A stretch of 64,000 bases of DNA from SAR86 cluster bacterium (GCA_003331645.1 QOPI01000002.1:10512-74511), one strand, 5' to 3'; shown: positions 22,835 to 33,196, counted from the first letter of the stretch. Numbers and translations are program-made. Notes: a model not told the origin generated them from the letters alone.

Positions 22835-23577
22835 AAATTTTATTAACTAATGATGATGGATATGATGCGCCAAATATTCAAGCCTTATACAAAGTTTTAT
22901 CACAATTTCATGAGGTGTTTATAATTGCACCAGCTAAGAATTGTAGTGGAATGAGTGCTGCAATTTCATTTCTAAAAGAAACTGAAATTAAGAAATTAGA
23001 TGATCACACTTATGCTGTTGATGGAACACCTGCTGATTGTACATATTTTGGGCTTTTAAGTGTTTTAGATTTTGAACCAGATATGGTTGTATCTGGAATA
23101 AATCATGGTGCAAATTTGGGAAATGATGTTTTATATTCAGGTACTGTTGGCGCAGCTGTTGGGGGAAGAAATTTAAAATTTCCTCCTGTAGCTATTTCAG
23201 TGGCATCATATGATGCTCAAGATCCAGAATATATTGCAAATAAATCAGTAGAAATTATTAATACAATTTTTGATAATCCATCCGAATTTTCTAATAGAGT
23301 TATTAATATAAATTTTCCTGATCTAGTTGAAAAAGACATTAAAGGAATTAAATTTACAAGATTATCTCGAAGAGGAGTTCCGGCAAAACCTCTTGAAGTC
23401 TCATCATCGGAAAATTCAAAAACCTATAGATATAATTTGCAAGGAGAGCCTATTAAAGAAGATTATTTATCAGATGTAGAGGCAGTCCAATCAGGTTTTA
23501 TATCTCTTTCATTTCTTGATTACAATCTAACTACTGATAATCAAGATGATCCATTAATCAATATTCTGTGTAAATGA
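22831..23577 (+). CDS. surE: 5'/3'-nucleotidase SurE
   Basis: 248 aa. N-terminus MKILLTNDDGYDAPNI, GINHGANLG. Confidence 0.94.
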   Translation: MKILLTNDDGYDAPNIQALYKVLSQFHEVFIIAPAKNCSGMSAAISFLKETEIKKLDDHTYAVDGTPADCTYFGLLSVLDFEPDMVVSGINHGANLGNDVLYSGTVGAAVGGRNLKFPPVAISVASYDAQDPEYIANKSVEIINTIFDNPSEFSNRVININFPDLVEKDIKGIKFTRLSRRGVPAKPLEVSSSENSKTYRYNLQGEPIKEDYLSDVEAVQSGFISLSFLDYNLTTDNQDDPLINILCK

Positions 23578-24251
23578 GTAATTCTGGTTTTACCTTTAGA
23601 AGAGTTCGGGAGGAAATGATCGAAACTCTCCTCGAGATGGGAATAAAAGACTTTAGAGTTCTGGATGCTATGGCTCAAATACCCAGGCACATATTTATAG
23701 ATGAGGCTTTAAGATCTAGGGCTTATGAAAATAGATCTCTTACAATTGGATACCAACAAACCATATCTCAGCCATATATAGTTGCAAGAATGACAGAGTT
23801 ATTAATATCTAATACTCAGAGTAGAGGAATATTATTTAAAAATATACTTGAATTAGGTTCTGGATGTGGTTACCAGTCTGCTGTTTTATCTTATTTTGCT
23901 GAAGAAATTCATGCTATAGAGAGAATCAAGCCTTTAGTAAAAAAATCTAGAGAAAATCTCAGTGAGCTAAAAATATTTAATGTTGTTGTAAAGCATGGCG
24001 ATGGATATCAAGATTGGGATGAAAATAAAAACTATGAGGGAGTTATTTGTGCGGCGGCCCCAAGGGAGTTCCCAGAAGATTTACTAAGTTGTTGTAAGGA
24101 AAATTCAAAAATTATTATGCCTATAGGAAATTCTGATGAGCAAAAACTATCAGTTATTACCAAGCTTAAAGATAGTTTTGAAGAAGAGCTATATGATGAA
24201 GTTGCATTTGTTCCAATGATTCCAGGCAAGTCACTTAATGGAAATGATTAA
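23574..24251 (+). CDS. pcm: Protein-L-isoaspartate O-methyltransferase
   Basis: 225 aa. SAM-binding ILELGSGCGYQSA. Conserved surE-pcm order. Confidence 0.92.
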   Translation: MSNSGFTFRRVREEMIETLLEMGIKDFRVLDAMAQIPRHIFIDEALRSRAYENRSLTIGYQQTISQPYIVARMTELLISNTQSRGILFKNILELGSGCGYQSAVLSYFAEEIHAIERIKPLVKKSRENLSELKIFNVVVKHGDGYQDWDENKNYEGVICAAAPREFPEDLLSCCKENSKIIMPIGNSDEQKLSVITKLKDSFEEELYDEVAFVPMIPGKSLNGND

Positions 24252-24973
24252 TGAATGAGAGATTAAAGTTTGTATTAGCTGGAATATTTGTTGGATTTGC
24301 AGAGTTGCTTCCTGGCATCTCTGGATCCACAATAGCTATATTCTTTGGTATATATGAAAAGTTAATAAAAATTTTAAGCCAACTAAAGCTTAACAATCTT
24401 CATTTCAACCTTACAAAGTTAAATAATATCTTTTCTTTAGATTTAGTTTTACCTTTCATTACTTCAATGATAATCAGTGTATTGGTTTTCTCAAATTTAA
24501 TTTTATTTCTTCATAGCGAATTTACTGTAATTTTTAATATTATTTTAGGAGTAATTATGTTGATAGGGGGGTGTTTACTAGCCTATAAACAAATATCTAG
24601 ATGGAGTTTTAATATTTTTGTTTATTTTTTATTAGGCTTTCTAATAAGTATTATTATTTCATTTTTTCCTAGTGACCTCATTGACCTAAGTTTTTTTAAT
24701 CTCATTATTATTGGTTTTGTAGCTTTTTCTTTTTTTCTTATCCCAGGCGTTTCTGGAAGTGCAATACTTCTTATTTTTGGGTTTTATACATCTGTAATTG
24801 AGGCGATTACCAATTTAAACTTTTTGATTCTAATACCATTTGCTATGGGAGCGTTATTGTCACTTTTTACAATGCCAAAATTTATAAGCTATTTATTAGA
24901 TACTTACCAAGATTCAATTATTGTATTTTTTAGTGGTCTAATTGTCTGCTCGGGAATTATTTTAATTATTTAA
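24251..24973 (+). CDS. DUF368-family membrane protein (family implicated in undecaprenyl-phosphate translocation)
   Basis: 240-aa polytopic protein. Duplicated PG(I/V)SGS motif (LLPGISGSTIA and LIPGVSGSAIL), characteristic of DUF368 as I recall it. Confidence 0.7.
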   Translation: MNERLKFVLAGIFVGFAELLPGISGSTIAIFFGIYEKLIKILSQLKLNNLHFNLTKLNNIFSLDLVLPFITSMIISVLVFSNLILFLHSEFTVIFNIILGVIMLIGGCLLAYKQISRWSFNIFVYFLLGFLISIIISFFPSDLIDLSFFNLIIIGFVAFSFFLIPGVSGSAILLIFGFYTSVIEAITNLNFLILIPFAMGALLSLFTMPKFISYLLDTYQDSIIVFFSGLIVCSGIILII

Positions 24974-24998
24974 TCTAAGATTTAAAAAGATAACAATT

Positions 24999-25322
24999 TT
25001 ATACCTCGATAAAGTGCCTTTTATTTTTTATAGACTTATATTTTTCTGATTCAGGCAATGGCTCTCGAGCTTCGGTTATATTTTCATAAACTTCAGAAAG
25101 TCGAGCATTTATCTCTATAAAATCAATTTGATCGTTTGGCAATTCATCATCTGCAAAAATTGCTTCTATCGGGCATTCTGGGACGCATAATCCGCAATCA
25201 ATACATTCATCTGGATGAATAACTAGAAATTCAGGACCTTCATAAAAACAGTCCACAGGGCATACTTCAACACAATCAGTAAGTTTGCATTTAATACAAG
25301 TCTCTGTAACAACGAACGTCAT
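24999..25322 (-). CDS. fdxA: 7Fe ferredoxin (FdxA type)
   Basis: 107 aa. Cys clusters [14 protein letters not shown] and [12 protein letters not shown]. Confidence 0.92.
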   Translation of the reverse strand: MTFVVTETCIKCKLTDCVEVCPVDCFYEGPEFLVIHPDECIDCGLCVPECPIEAIFADDELPNDQIDFIEINARLSEVYENITEAREPLPESEKYKSIKNKRHFIEV

Positions 25323-25407
25323 AATTATCTTTTAAAGAAAAAACGATTTTAACGTACAAAAAAACAAAATTATAGAAAACTATTTGATTTATAGAGATTT
25401 TCTATTA

Positions 25408-25427
25408 TACTGTATAAATATACAGTA
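25408..25427 (+). promoter_or_regulatory. LexA (SOS) box upstream of recA
   Basis: TACTGTATAAATATACAGTA is a perfect palindromic CTGT-N8-ACAG box. It ends at the AAGGAG Shine-Dalgarno, 11 nt before the recA ATG. Confidence 0.85.
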
Positions 25428-25437
25428 AGGAGTAATC

Positions 25438-26448
25438 ATGGCTACAGATAAAACTAAAGATCTTAAAGAGACCTTATCTCAAATAGAAAAGCAATTTGGT
25501 AAAGGTACTGTAATGCGAATGGGAGATAAAGAAAATCTCGATATACCATCAATATCAACAGGCTCAGTTGGCTTAGATATAGCACTTGGCATAGGTGGAA
25601 TTCCTCAAGGAAGAGTGACTGAGATATATGGACCCGAATCTTCAGGTAAAACAACTTTAACACTTCAGATAATTGCTGAGTGTCAAAAAAATGGAGGAAC
25701 GGCTGCTTTTATCGATGCGGAGCATGCGCTTGATCCTCAATATGCAGCAAAACTCGGTGTAAATGTAGACGATCTTCTCTTATCTCAGCCTGATACAGGT
25801 GAGCAAGCTTTAGAAGTTGCTGATATGTTAGTCAAGTCTAATAGCGTGGATCTAGTAGTTGTAGACTCAGTAGCAGCCTTAGTTCCAAGAGCTGAGATTG
25901 AAGGTGAGATGGGTGATCATCATGTTGGACTTCAAGCTAGACTTATGTCGCAGGCATTAAGAAAAATCACTGGTAATATTCAACGCTCAGGTGCAACTGT
26001 TATTTTCATCAATCAAATTCGTATGAAAATTGGAGTAATGTTTGGAAGTCCTGAGACTACAACAGGCGGGAATGCGCTTAAATTTTATTCATCAGTAAGA
26101 CTTGATATTAGAAGAATTGGTGCAGTCAAAGAGGGTGATGAGGTTATTGGAAACGAAACCAGGGTTAAAGTTGTTAAAAACAAAGTCTCACCTCCCTTTA
26201 GACAGGCAGAGTTTCAAATTATGTATGGACAAGGAATTAATTCAGAAGGTGAAATTTTAGATTATGGACAGAAAATAGGATTAGTTGAGAAAGCTGGCTC
26301 CTGGTATAGCCATAACGGTGAAAAAATAGGACAAGGCAAAGTAAATGCAAGTAATTTTCTAAAAGAAAATACGAAAATTAGAGACTCCTTACTTAAGGCA
26401 ATAAGATCTGAATATATTGTTTCAAATGCTAAGCCTGTAAAAAAATAG
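25438..26448 (+). CDS. recA: Recombinase RecA
   Basis: 336 aa. Walker [39 protein letters not shown]. Confidence 0.98.
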   Translation: MATDKTKDLKETLSQIEKQFGKGTVMRMGDKENLDIPSISTGSVGLDIALGIGGIPQGRVTEIYGPESSGKTTLTLQIIAECQKNGGTAAFIDAEHALDPQYAAKLGVNVDDLLLSQPDTGEQALEVADMLVKSNSVDLVVVDSVAALVPRAEIEGEMGDHHVGLQARLMSQALRKITGNIQRSGATVIFINQIRMKIGVMFGSPETTTGGNALKFYSSVRLDIRRIGAVKEGDEVIGNETRVKVVKNKVSPPFRQAEFQIMYGQGINSEGEILDYGQKIGLVEKAGSWYSHNGEKIGQGKVNASNFLKENTKIRDSLLKAIRSEYIVSNAKPVKK

Positions 26449-26466
26449 AAATTAATTATTGGTAAT

Positions 26467-26518
26467 TCTCCTTACTTTAGATTAGCATTATTACTAATCT
26501 AAATAGGGAGATTTTGTT
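26467..26518 (+). terminator. Rho-independent terminator-like hairpin after recA, overlapping the thiolase ribosome-binding site
   Basis: Hand-folded. 26467-26485 pairs with 26494-26511 (18 bp, one bulged C, one G-U) around the loop CATTATTA, followed by TTTTGTT. The 3' arm contains the AGGGAGA Shine-Dalgarno for the ATG at 26521. Confidence 0.55.
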
Positions 26519-26520
26519 AC

Positions 26521-27702
26521 ATGACTTCAAATAATGCATATATAGTTAGCGCTGTCAGAACTGCTGGTGGCAAGAAAAATGGTAAATTAAGCGGATGGCA
26601 TCCTGCAGATCTAGGTGCTGAAGTTCTAAATGAGTTAGTAAATCAAACAGGTATTAACCCTGAGGACATTGATGATGTTATTTTTGGATGCGTTGATCAG
26701 GTCGGAGCTCAATCTGGTAATTTAGCAAGAAATTCTGTTCTTGCATCTTGTTTACCTGAATCTGTTCCAGGAACTACTGTTGATAGACAATGCGGATCAT
26801 CTCAGCAAGCTATTCATTTTGCAGCACAAGCAGTAATGTCTGGTACTCAAGATGTTGTTATTGCTGGTGGAGTTGAAGCAATGTCAATGGTTCCAATTGG
26901 TGCAAGTGTTAAGGATGGTTTTGATGCTGGCCATGGATTTCCTTTTAGCGCAGAAGGAATTGCAAAGAGATATCCAGGTGTATTTTTCTCCCAGTTTACT
27001 GGTGCTGAACTAGTTGCAGAAAAATGGAAGCTATCTAGAGAAAATTTAGATGCATTTGCTTTAGAAAGTCATCAAAAAGCTAAGCATGCCACTGAAATGA
27101 AGTATTTTGATAAAGAGATTTTGCCATTAGCTGGAAGGAATGAGCATAATGATAATGATATGGTTTTTGCTGATGAAGGAATTAGATTTGATGCATCATT
27201 AGAGGCTTTAGCTGGATTAAATCCTGTTACTGAAGGTGGAGTTATTACTGCTGGTAATGCTAGTCAGATAACTGATGGTGCAGCTGCAATTATGATTTGT
27301 AATGATGAGGGGTTAAAAAAGATTAAAGTAGATCCAAGAGCAAAAATAATAGCATTATCAGTTGTTGGTGATGATCCAGTATTTATGCTCACAGGTCCAA
27401 TTCCAGCTTCACATGATGTTTTAGCTAGAGCAAAAATGAGTATCGATGATATGGATATCTATGAAGTTAACGAAGCGTTTGCACCAGTTCCATTAGCATG
27501 GGCTATTGAGCTTGGGGCTGATAAAGCTAAGTTAAACGTTAATGGTGGAGCTATGGCACTTGGACATCCTTTAGGTGCAACCGGAGCCAAACTCATGACT
27601 ACCATGCTTCATGAGCTTGAAAGAAGAGAGGGCAAATATGCACTTCAAGCTATATGCGAAGGTGGTGGTACAGCAAACGCGACTATAATTGAAAGAATTT
27701 AA
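26521..27702 (+). CDS. Acetyl-CoA C-acyltransferase (thiolase)
   Basis: 393 aa. Thiolase catalytic motifs VDRQCGSSQ, GHPLGATG, CEGGGTANA. Confidence 0.92.
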   Translation: MTSNNAYIVSAVRTAGGKKNGKLSGWHPADLGAEVLNELVNQTGINPEDIDDVIFGCVDQVGAQSGNLARNSVLASCLPESVPGTTVDRQCGSSQQAIHFAAQAVMSGTQDVVIAGGVEAMSMVPIGASVKDGFDAGHGFPFSAEGIAKRYPGVFFSQFTGAELVAEKWKLSRENLDAFALESHQKAKHATEMKYFDKEILPLAGRNEHNDNDMVFADEGIRFDASLEALAGLNPVTEGGVITAGNASQITDGAAAIMICNDEGLKKIKVDPRAKIIALSVVGDDPVFMLTGPIPASHDVLARAKMSIDDMDIYEVNEAFAPVPLAWAIELGADKAKLNVNGGAMALGHPLGATGAKLMTTMLHELERREGKYALQAICEGGGTANATIIERI

Positions 27703-27780
27703 GCAATACTTCATCTTTTTTAAAAATATCTAGATCTTATAACAATACTAAATTTAGACTCTTTTAAAATTAATTAAATT

Positions 27781-29781
27781 ATGAAAAAAAAAGGTGGAAT
27801 TTTTCTCTCTCTTATACTTGTAGTCGTTTTTTTAGTCTACGGTTTTATTTTTAGATCAATAGATGAATTTCAACAGGTTCAATTTTCATTAGATAAGTCT
27901 TATTACAAAAAAGATAATACGATTAATATAAAATCTTTACCTTCACCAAATTTAAATAAAAATGCATATTTTGGTGACTTGCATATTCATACATCTAACT
28001 CATTTGATGCATATACATTTGGAACTATAAGCACTCCCGAGTTAGCTTACAAATATGCTCAAGGCAAACCAATTCCTCACCCAACAGGATACGATATACA
28101 ACTTAGAAGGCCTCTTGATTTCTATGCCGTAACCGATCATGGTATCTTTCTTGGTCTTTTGCCAAGTGCGGCAGATACAAGTTCACGATTCTCTAAGTAT
28201 GAATACACAAAACCTCTTCATAATTTAAATAAATCAATCTCTAATAATTTTTTAGAACTTTTAAAGAGACAAAATCTTTTTCAACAATTTGCTAGAGATA
28301 CAATTGGTGGTCTCAGAGATGGTTCAATTGATAGAAATCTTGTAGATGATATTCAGCAAAGTGTATGGAAAGAAACAATAAAAGCTGCTGATAATGCATA
28401 TAAACCTGGATTTTTTACAACCTTTGCTGGATATGAATACACTTCTGCCGAGGATTTATATGATAATTATCTTCACCGCAATGTTATATTTAAAGATACT
28501 TCAAATCTTCCAAATAAAATATTTTCTAGACTAGATAGTATGAATCCCGAACCACTATGGGATTGGATGAATAATCTTAGAGCAGGTGGTATAGACAGTT
28601 TAGCTATCCCACATAATTCTAATATTTCAGGCGGTTCTGCTTTTTCTTTGGAATATTTTAATGGTGGTCCAATTGATGATGCTTATGCAACAAATAGATT
28701 GCTGAATGAGCCTCTAGTAGAAATCACACAGGTTAAAGGAACTTCAGAAACTCATCCATTAATTTCAAAGAATGATGAATGGGCCTCATTTGAAACAGAT
28801 ACTTCATATAAAGAATCAAATGAGATGAAAAATATAAAAGGTGCCTATGTTAGAGATGCTTATTTAAGAGGTTTAACCATTGAAGAGCAAGGGATTTCTA
28901 ATCCTTATAAATTTGGTTTAATAGGATCAAGTGATAGTCATGTTGGAGGAGCTTCTTACAATGAAGAAACTTTTATTTCTAAAGTAGGTATTTTAGACGG
29001 CACCCCAAAATTAAGGGGATCAGTCCCATTTAATAAATTTTATGGTTTTGTCATGAGCAAGATGCAGAAAAATTCAATGACTTATATTAATGATAATTAC
29101 TACCTAGCAGTTGGCGGTCGTCTTATTTACTTTGGAGCTTCAGGTCTTGCTGGGGTATGGGCAGAAGAAAATACTAGGGAGTCTATTTTTAAAGCTTTTA
29201 GGAATAAAGAAACTTTTGCAACCTCAGGCCCTAGGATTAAAGTAAGATTCTTTGGAGGTTATCATTTAGAAAATTATAAACTTGATGATAATAATCTAAT
29301 AAAAAAAGCATATTCCAATTCTACTCAAATGGGTGGGAATATTTACTCCAATGGTATAGGCAGCCCTACATTTTTAATATGGGCAATTGCAGATCCTTAC
29401 AGTGGAAAGTTACAACGTTCACAAATAGTTAAAGGCTGGATAGAAAATGGAGAACATAATGAAAGAATATATGATGTAGCTTGCTCAGATAATTTAGATG
29501 TTGATTCAGCAACACACCGTTGTCCAGACAATGGAGCTAAAGTGAATCTTAGTAATTGTTCTACAAGCAATGTCGGTGATTCAGAATTAAAAACTTTTTG
29601 GAAAGATCCAGATTTTGTAAAGAATCAAAATGCTTTTTATTATGTTCGTGTATTAGAGAATCCTTCATGCAGATGGTCTACATGGGATTCAATAAGAGCA
29701 GGAGAAAAGCCAAGATCTGATATTGATTCAACAATCCAAGAGAGAGCCTGGACTTCACCTATCTGGTTTAAGGCAAGTTAG
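27781..29781 (+). CDS. DUF3604-family protein (PHP-like metal-dependent hydrolase fold), membrane-anchored or secreted
   Basis: 666 aa. N-terminal hydrophobic signal or anchor (IFLSLILVVVFLVYGFIF). GDLHIHTSNSFDAY and AVTDHG metal-binding-like motifs. The family call rests on recall. Confidence 0.6.
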   Translation: MKKKGGIFLSLILVVVFLVYGFIFRSIDEFQQVQFSLDKSYYKKDNTINIKSLPSPNLNKNAYFGDLHIHTSNSFDAYTFGTISTPELAYKYAQGKPIPHPTGYDIQLRRPLDFYAVTDHGIFLGLLPSAADTSSRFSKYEYTKPLHNLNKSISNNFLELLKRQNLFQQFARDTIGGLRDGSIDRNLVDDIQQSVWKETIKAADNAYKPGFFTTFAGYEYTSAEDLYDNYLHRNVIFKDTSNLPNKIFSRLDSMNPEPLWDWMNNLRAGGIDSLAIPHNSNISGGSAFSLEYFNGGPIDDAYATNRLLNEPLVEITQVKGTSETHPLISKNDEWASFETDTSYKESNEMKNIKGAYVRDAYLRGLTIEEQGISNPYKFGLIGSSDSHVGGASYNEETFISKVGILDGTPKLRGSVPFNKFYGFVMSKMQKNSMTYINDNYYLAVGGRLIYFGASGLAGVWAEENTRESIFKAFRNKETFATSGPRIKVRFFGGYHLENYKLDDNNLIKKAYSNSTQMGGNIYSNGIGSPTFLIWAIADPYSGKLQRSQIVKGWIENGEHNERIYDVACSDNLDVDSATHRCPDNGAKVNLSNCSTSNVGDSELKTFWKDPDFVKNQNAFYYVRVLENPSCRWSTWDSIRAGEKPRSDIDSTIQERAWTSPIWFKAS

Positions 29782-29787
29782 ATAGAA

Positions 29788-31068
29788 TTATTTATCTTTA
29801 AAAAAATCAAGTATTGTCTTTATATCTGAAATTGGGTTTGTTGAACTATCACCATTTCTTGATTTTAACTCAATTTCTTTATTTTCAAGATATTGCTTAC
29901 CAATAATAATATTTAAAGGTATGCCAATAAGTTCAGAATCCTTCATTTTTGTACCATATCCATCTTTCCTATCATCTAAAAGTACGTCATAACCCATTTG
30001 AGTTAATTCTTTATATAAATTCTGAGATGCAGATGCTATTTCCTCATTCTTATCATAACCAATAGCAATAATATTTATATCAAAAGGAGCAATGTTATGT
30101 GGCCAAATAATACCTCTTTCATCATTATTTTGCTCAATAGCAGCTGCAACAAGTCTTGAAACGCCAATTCCATAACAACCCATATATAAAGTTGAAGCTT
30201 TACCTTCTTTATTTAAAACATTTGCTTTCATGTCATCAGCATAAATTTTACCTAATTTAAATATATGACCAACTTCAATACCTTTTTTTATTTGAATTGT
30301 TCCTTTACCATCAGGTGAAGGATTCCCTTCAAGAGATTGAATATCTTCACCTTCTTTAAGTAATAACTCAGTATTTATTGCAAATTCAGATGAATCACTT
30401 ACTGCAATTGTATCTTCTCCATTATCAGCTAATACATGAAACTCTTCTGAACTATCTCCACCAATAGCGCCAGAATCTGCAGCAGAAATTTTAAACTCAA
30501 GACCAATACGCTCAAGTATTGTTTTATAGGCTTCCCTCATAGCAAGATAGGTTTCTTGCAAAGATTCTTCGTCCATATTAAAACTATATGCATCTTTCAT
30601 TAAAAACTCTCTTCCACGCATAATCCCATATCTAGGTCTTACTTCGTCTCTAAATTTAGTTTGGATTTGATATAAATTTAGTGGAAGTTCTTTATAGCTT
30701 TTTACATTATTTCTAATAATGTCAGTAATAACTTCTTCATGTGTTGGCCCAAGACAGAAATCTCTATCATGTCTATCTTTAATTCTTAATAGTTCAGGCC
30801 CCATTTTGTCCCATCTTTGCGTTTCTTCCCATAATTCTTTAGGTTGAACCATTGGCATAAATACTTCTTGAGCTCCTGATGCATCCATTTCTTCTCTAAC
30901 TATGTTCTCTATGTTTCTGAGAACTTTTAAACCAAGTGGTAACCATGTATATATACCAGAAGCTACCTTTTTGATCATCCCAGCTCTTAACATTAATTTA
31001 TGACTAATTACTTCAGCTTCCTGAGGAGCATCTTTGAGGGTTGGTAATAATAATTTTGAAAGTAGCAT
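29788..31068 (-). CDS. proS: Proline--tRNA ligase, bacterial type lacking the INS editing domain
   Basis: 426 aa. Class II motifs ([27 protein letters not shown]). The segment between AINTELL and [23 protein letters not shown] is about 15 aa, where E. coli ProRS carries an INS domain of about 180 aa. Confidence 0.9.
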   Translation of the reverse strand: MLLSKLLLPTLKDAPQEAEVISHKLMLRAGMIKKVASGIYTWLPLGLKVLRNIENIVREEMDASGAQEVFMPMVQPKELWEETQRWDKMGPELLRIKDRHDRDFCLGPTHEEVITDIIRNNVKSYKELPLNLYQIQTKFRDEVRPRYGIMRGREFLMKDAYSFNMDEESLQETYLAMREAYKTILERIGLEFKISAADSGAIGGDSSEEFHVLADNGEDTIAVSDSSEFAINTELLLKEGEDIQSLEGNPSPDGKGTIQIKKGIEVGHIFKLGKIYADDMKANVLNKEGKASTLYMGCYGIGVSRLVAAAIEQNNDERGIIWPHNIAPFDINIIAIGYDKNEEIASASQNLYKELTQMGYDVLLDDRKDGYGTKMKDSELIGIPLNIIIGKQYLENKEIELKSRNGDSSTNPISDIKTILDFFKDK

Positions 31069-31130
31069 TTTAATAATTTTGTTATATATAAATCCTTATA
31101 GTTTATAATTTTATATTTTTTTAGAGACTT

Positions 31131-31424
31131 ATGCCTATTTATGACTATAAATGTTCAAAATGTGACTATGAATTTGAGTTAATTCAGAAATTTTCTGATG
31201 ATCCTGTAAAAAAATGTCCTAAATGTTTTAAAAATTCTGTATCTAAAATGATATCTGCGCCTTCGTTTAGATTAAAAGGAGGAGGGTGGTATGAAACAGA
31301 TTTTAAAACTGGTAAAAAGAAAAACCTTTTAAAGGATGATAAAAAAGTTGAATCTAGTTCGAAGAAAGTCCATAAACAAGATAAAATTACACAAAAGAAG
31401 TCAAAAGATAAAAAGGCGGGATAA
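31131..31424 (+). CDS. FmdB-family zinc-ribbon protein with a Lys-rich tail
   Basis: 97 aa. N-terminus [15 protein letters not shown] plus KKCPKC (CxxC...CxxC). The C-terminal 45 aa are highly basic. Confidence 0.75.
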   Translation: MPIYDYKCSKCDYEFELIQKFSDDPVKKCPKCFKNSVSKMISAPSFRLKGGGWYETDFKTGKKKNLLKDDKKVESSSKKVHKQDKITQKKSKDKKAG

Positions 31425-31426
31425 TT

Positions 31427-33196
31427 ATGCGATCACACTATTGTGGTGAAGTTACATCAAAAGATCTTGATAGTAATATTTCGATATGTGGCTGGGTTCA
31501 TAGAAGAAGAGATCACGGCGGTATTATTTTTCTAGATGTTAGAGATATAAAAGGAATATGTCAGGTAGTAGTTAATCCTGAAAACAAAGCTGCATTTGAA
31601 ATAGCAGATAAATGCAGAAACGAATATGTTATCAAAGTATCAGGTGCTGTTTTAAAGAGACCTGAAGGCACAATTAATGAGAATATGATAACTGGTGAGA
31701 TCGAGCTAGAAGCAGATAAGATTCAGTTATTAAATAAAGCAGCAACTCCAGCCTTTCCTCTAGACGACTATCAAGAAGTAAATGAAGATGTTAGATTAAA
31801 AAATAGAGTCCTTGATCTAAGGCGCCCTGAAATGAATCATAGGATTGTCTCACGCTCTAAAATAACTTCATGTATTAGGAACTTTCTTGATAAAAATAAT
31901 TTTCACGAAATTGAAACACCAATATTAACTAGAGCAACTCCTGAGGGAGCAAGAGATTATATATTACCAAGCAGAGTCCATCCTGGAAGTTTTTTTGCCT
32001 TGCCTCAATCCCCACAATTATTTAAGCAATTATTAATGATGGGTGGTTTTGATAAGTATTATCAAATTGCGAGATGTTTTAGGGATGAGGACCTAAGAGC
32101 CGATAGACAACCTGAGTTTACTCAGATTGATATAGAGGCATCATTTGTTGAGGTGAAAGATATTATTTCTTTAGGAACAGAAATGGTAAAACTTTTATTA
32201 AAAGAATTTGTAAATCATGATGTCAAAGAAATTCCAGAGTTAAATTGGCATAAAGCTATGGAGGATTATGGATGTGATAAACCTGATCTTAGAATCCCGT
32301 TAAAACTTATAGAAATATCTGATTTGGTTGCAAATGAGGAGTTTAAGGTATTCTCAGGCCCTGCAAATGAGGAGGGTTCTAGAGTAGTGGCGCTCAAGAT
32401 ACCGCAAGGAAACAACTTATCAAGAGGACAAATTGATGAGTATACAAAATTTGTTAGCAAGTTAGGTGCAAAAGGATTAGCTTATATTAAGATTAACGAT
32501 GTAAATGATTTAGAAAATGGATTACAGTCACCAATTCTTAAATTCTTACATAAAGATACAATCAAAAGTTTAATAGAGAACTTAGATCTTAAGACTGATG
32601 ATCTATTGTTCTTTGGTGCTGGCTCCAATAATGTTGTTAATTTAAGCATGAGTAGTTTGATCAAAAAGATTGGTGGTGATCTTGATCTCTATACTTGTGA
32701 TTGGGCACCTTGTTGGATTGTTGATTTTCCCATGTTTGAAAAGAATAAAGAAGGCAATTTAACATCCCTCCATCATCCTTTTACTATGCCAAAATCATCA
32801 ATAGACGATTTAAATAACTCACCAGATACAGTTATTGCTGAAGCTTATGATATTGTTTTAAACGGTTATGAGGTTGGAGGAGGCTCCATCAGGGTTCACA
32901 GTCCTGATATGCAAGAAACAATTTTTAAAGCTTTAAATATCTCTGATGAAGAAGCTGAAAATAAGTTTGGATTTTTATTAAAAGCTTTGTCTTCAGGATG
33001 CCCTCCGCATGGCGGCATAGCATTTGGTTTAGATAGGTTAGTTATGCTTCTAACGAGCACTACAAATATTAGAGATGTTATAGCTTTTCCGAAAACTCAA
33101 AGCGCTTCATGTCTTTTAACTGAAGCACCAAATTCAGTTGATGAAAATCAACTTGAAGAATTATTTATTGAATCTACATATACCGAGGAAGATTAA
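31427..33196 (+). CDS. aspS: Aspartate--tRNA ligase
   Basis: 589 aa. OB-fold N-terminus, [35 protein letters not shown]. Confidence 0.96.
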   Translation: MRSHYCGEVTSKDLDSNISICGWVHRRRDHGGIIFLDVRDIKGICQVVVNPENKAAFEIADKCRNEYVIKVSGAVLKRPEGTINENMITGEIELEADKIQLLNKAATPAFPLDDYQEVNEDVRLKNRVLDLRRPEMNHRIVSRSKITSCIRNFLDKNNFHEIETPILTRATPEGARDYILPSRVHPGSFFALPQSPQLFKQLLMMGGFDKYYQIARCFRDEDLRADRQPEFTQIDIEASFVEVKDIISLGTEMVKLLLKEFVNHDVKEIPELNWHKAMEDYGCDKPDLRIPLKLIEISDLVANEEFKVFSGPANEEGSRVVALKIPQGNNLSRGQIDEYTKFVSKLGAKGLAYIKINDVNDLENGLQSPILKFLHKDTIKSLIENLDLKTDDLLFFGAGSNNVVNLSMSSLIKKIGGDLDLYTCDWAPCWIVDFPMFEKNKEGNLTSLHHPFTMPKSSIDDLNNSPDTVIAEAYDIVLNGYEVGGGSIRVHSPDMQETIFKALNISDEEAENKFGFLLKALSSGCPPHGGIAFGLDRLVMLLTSTTNIRDVIAFPKTQSASCLLTEAPNSVDENQLEELFIESTYTEED

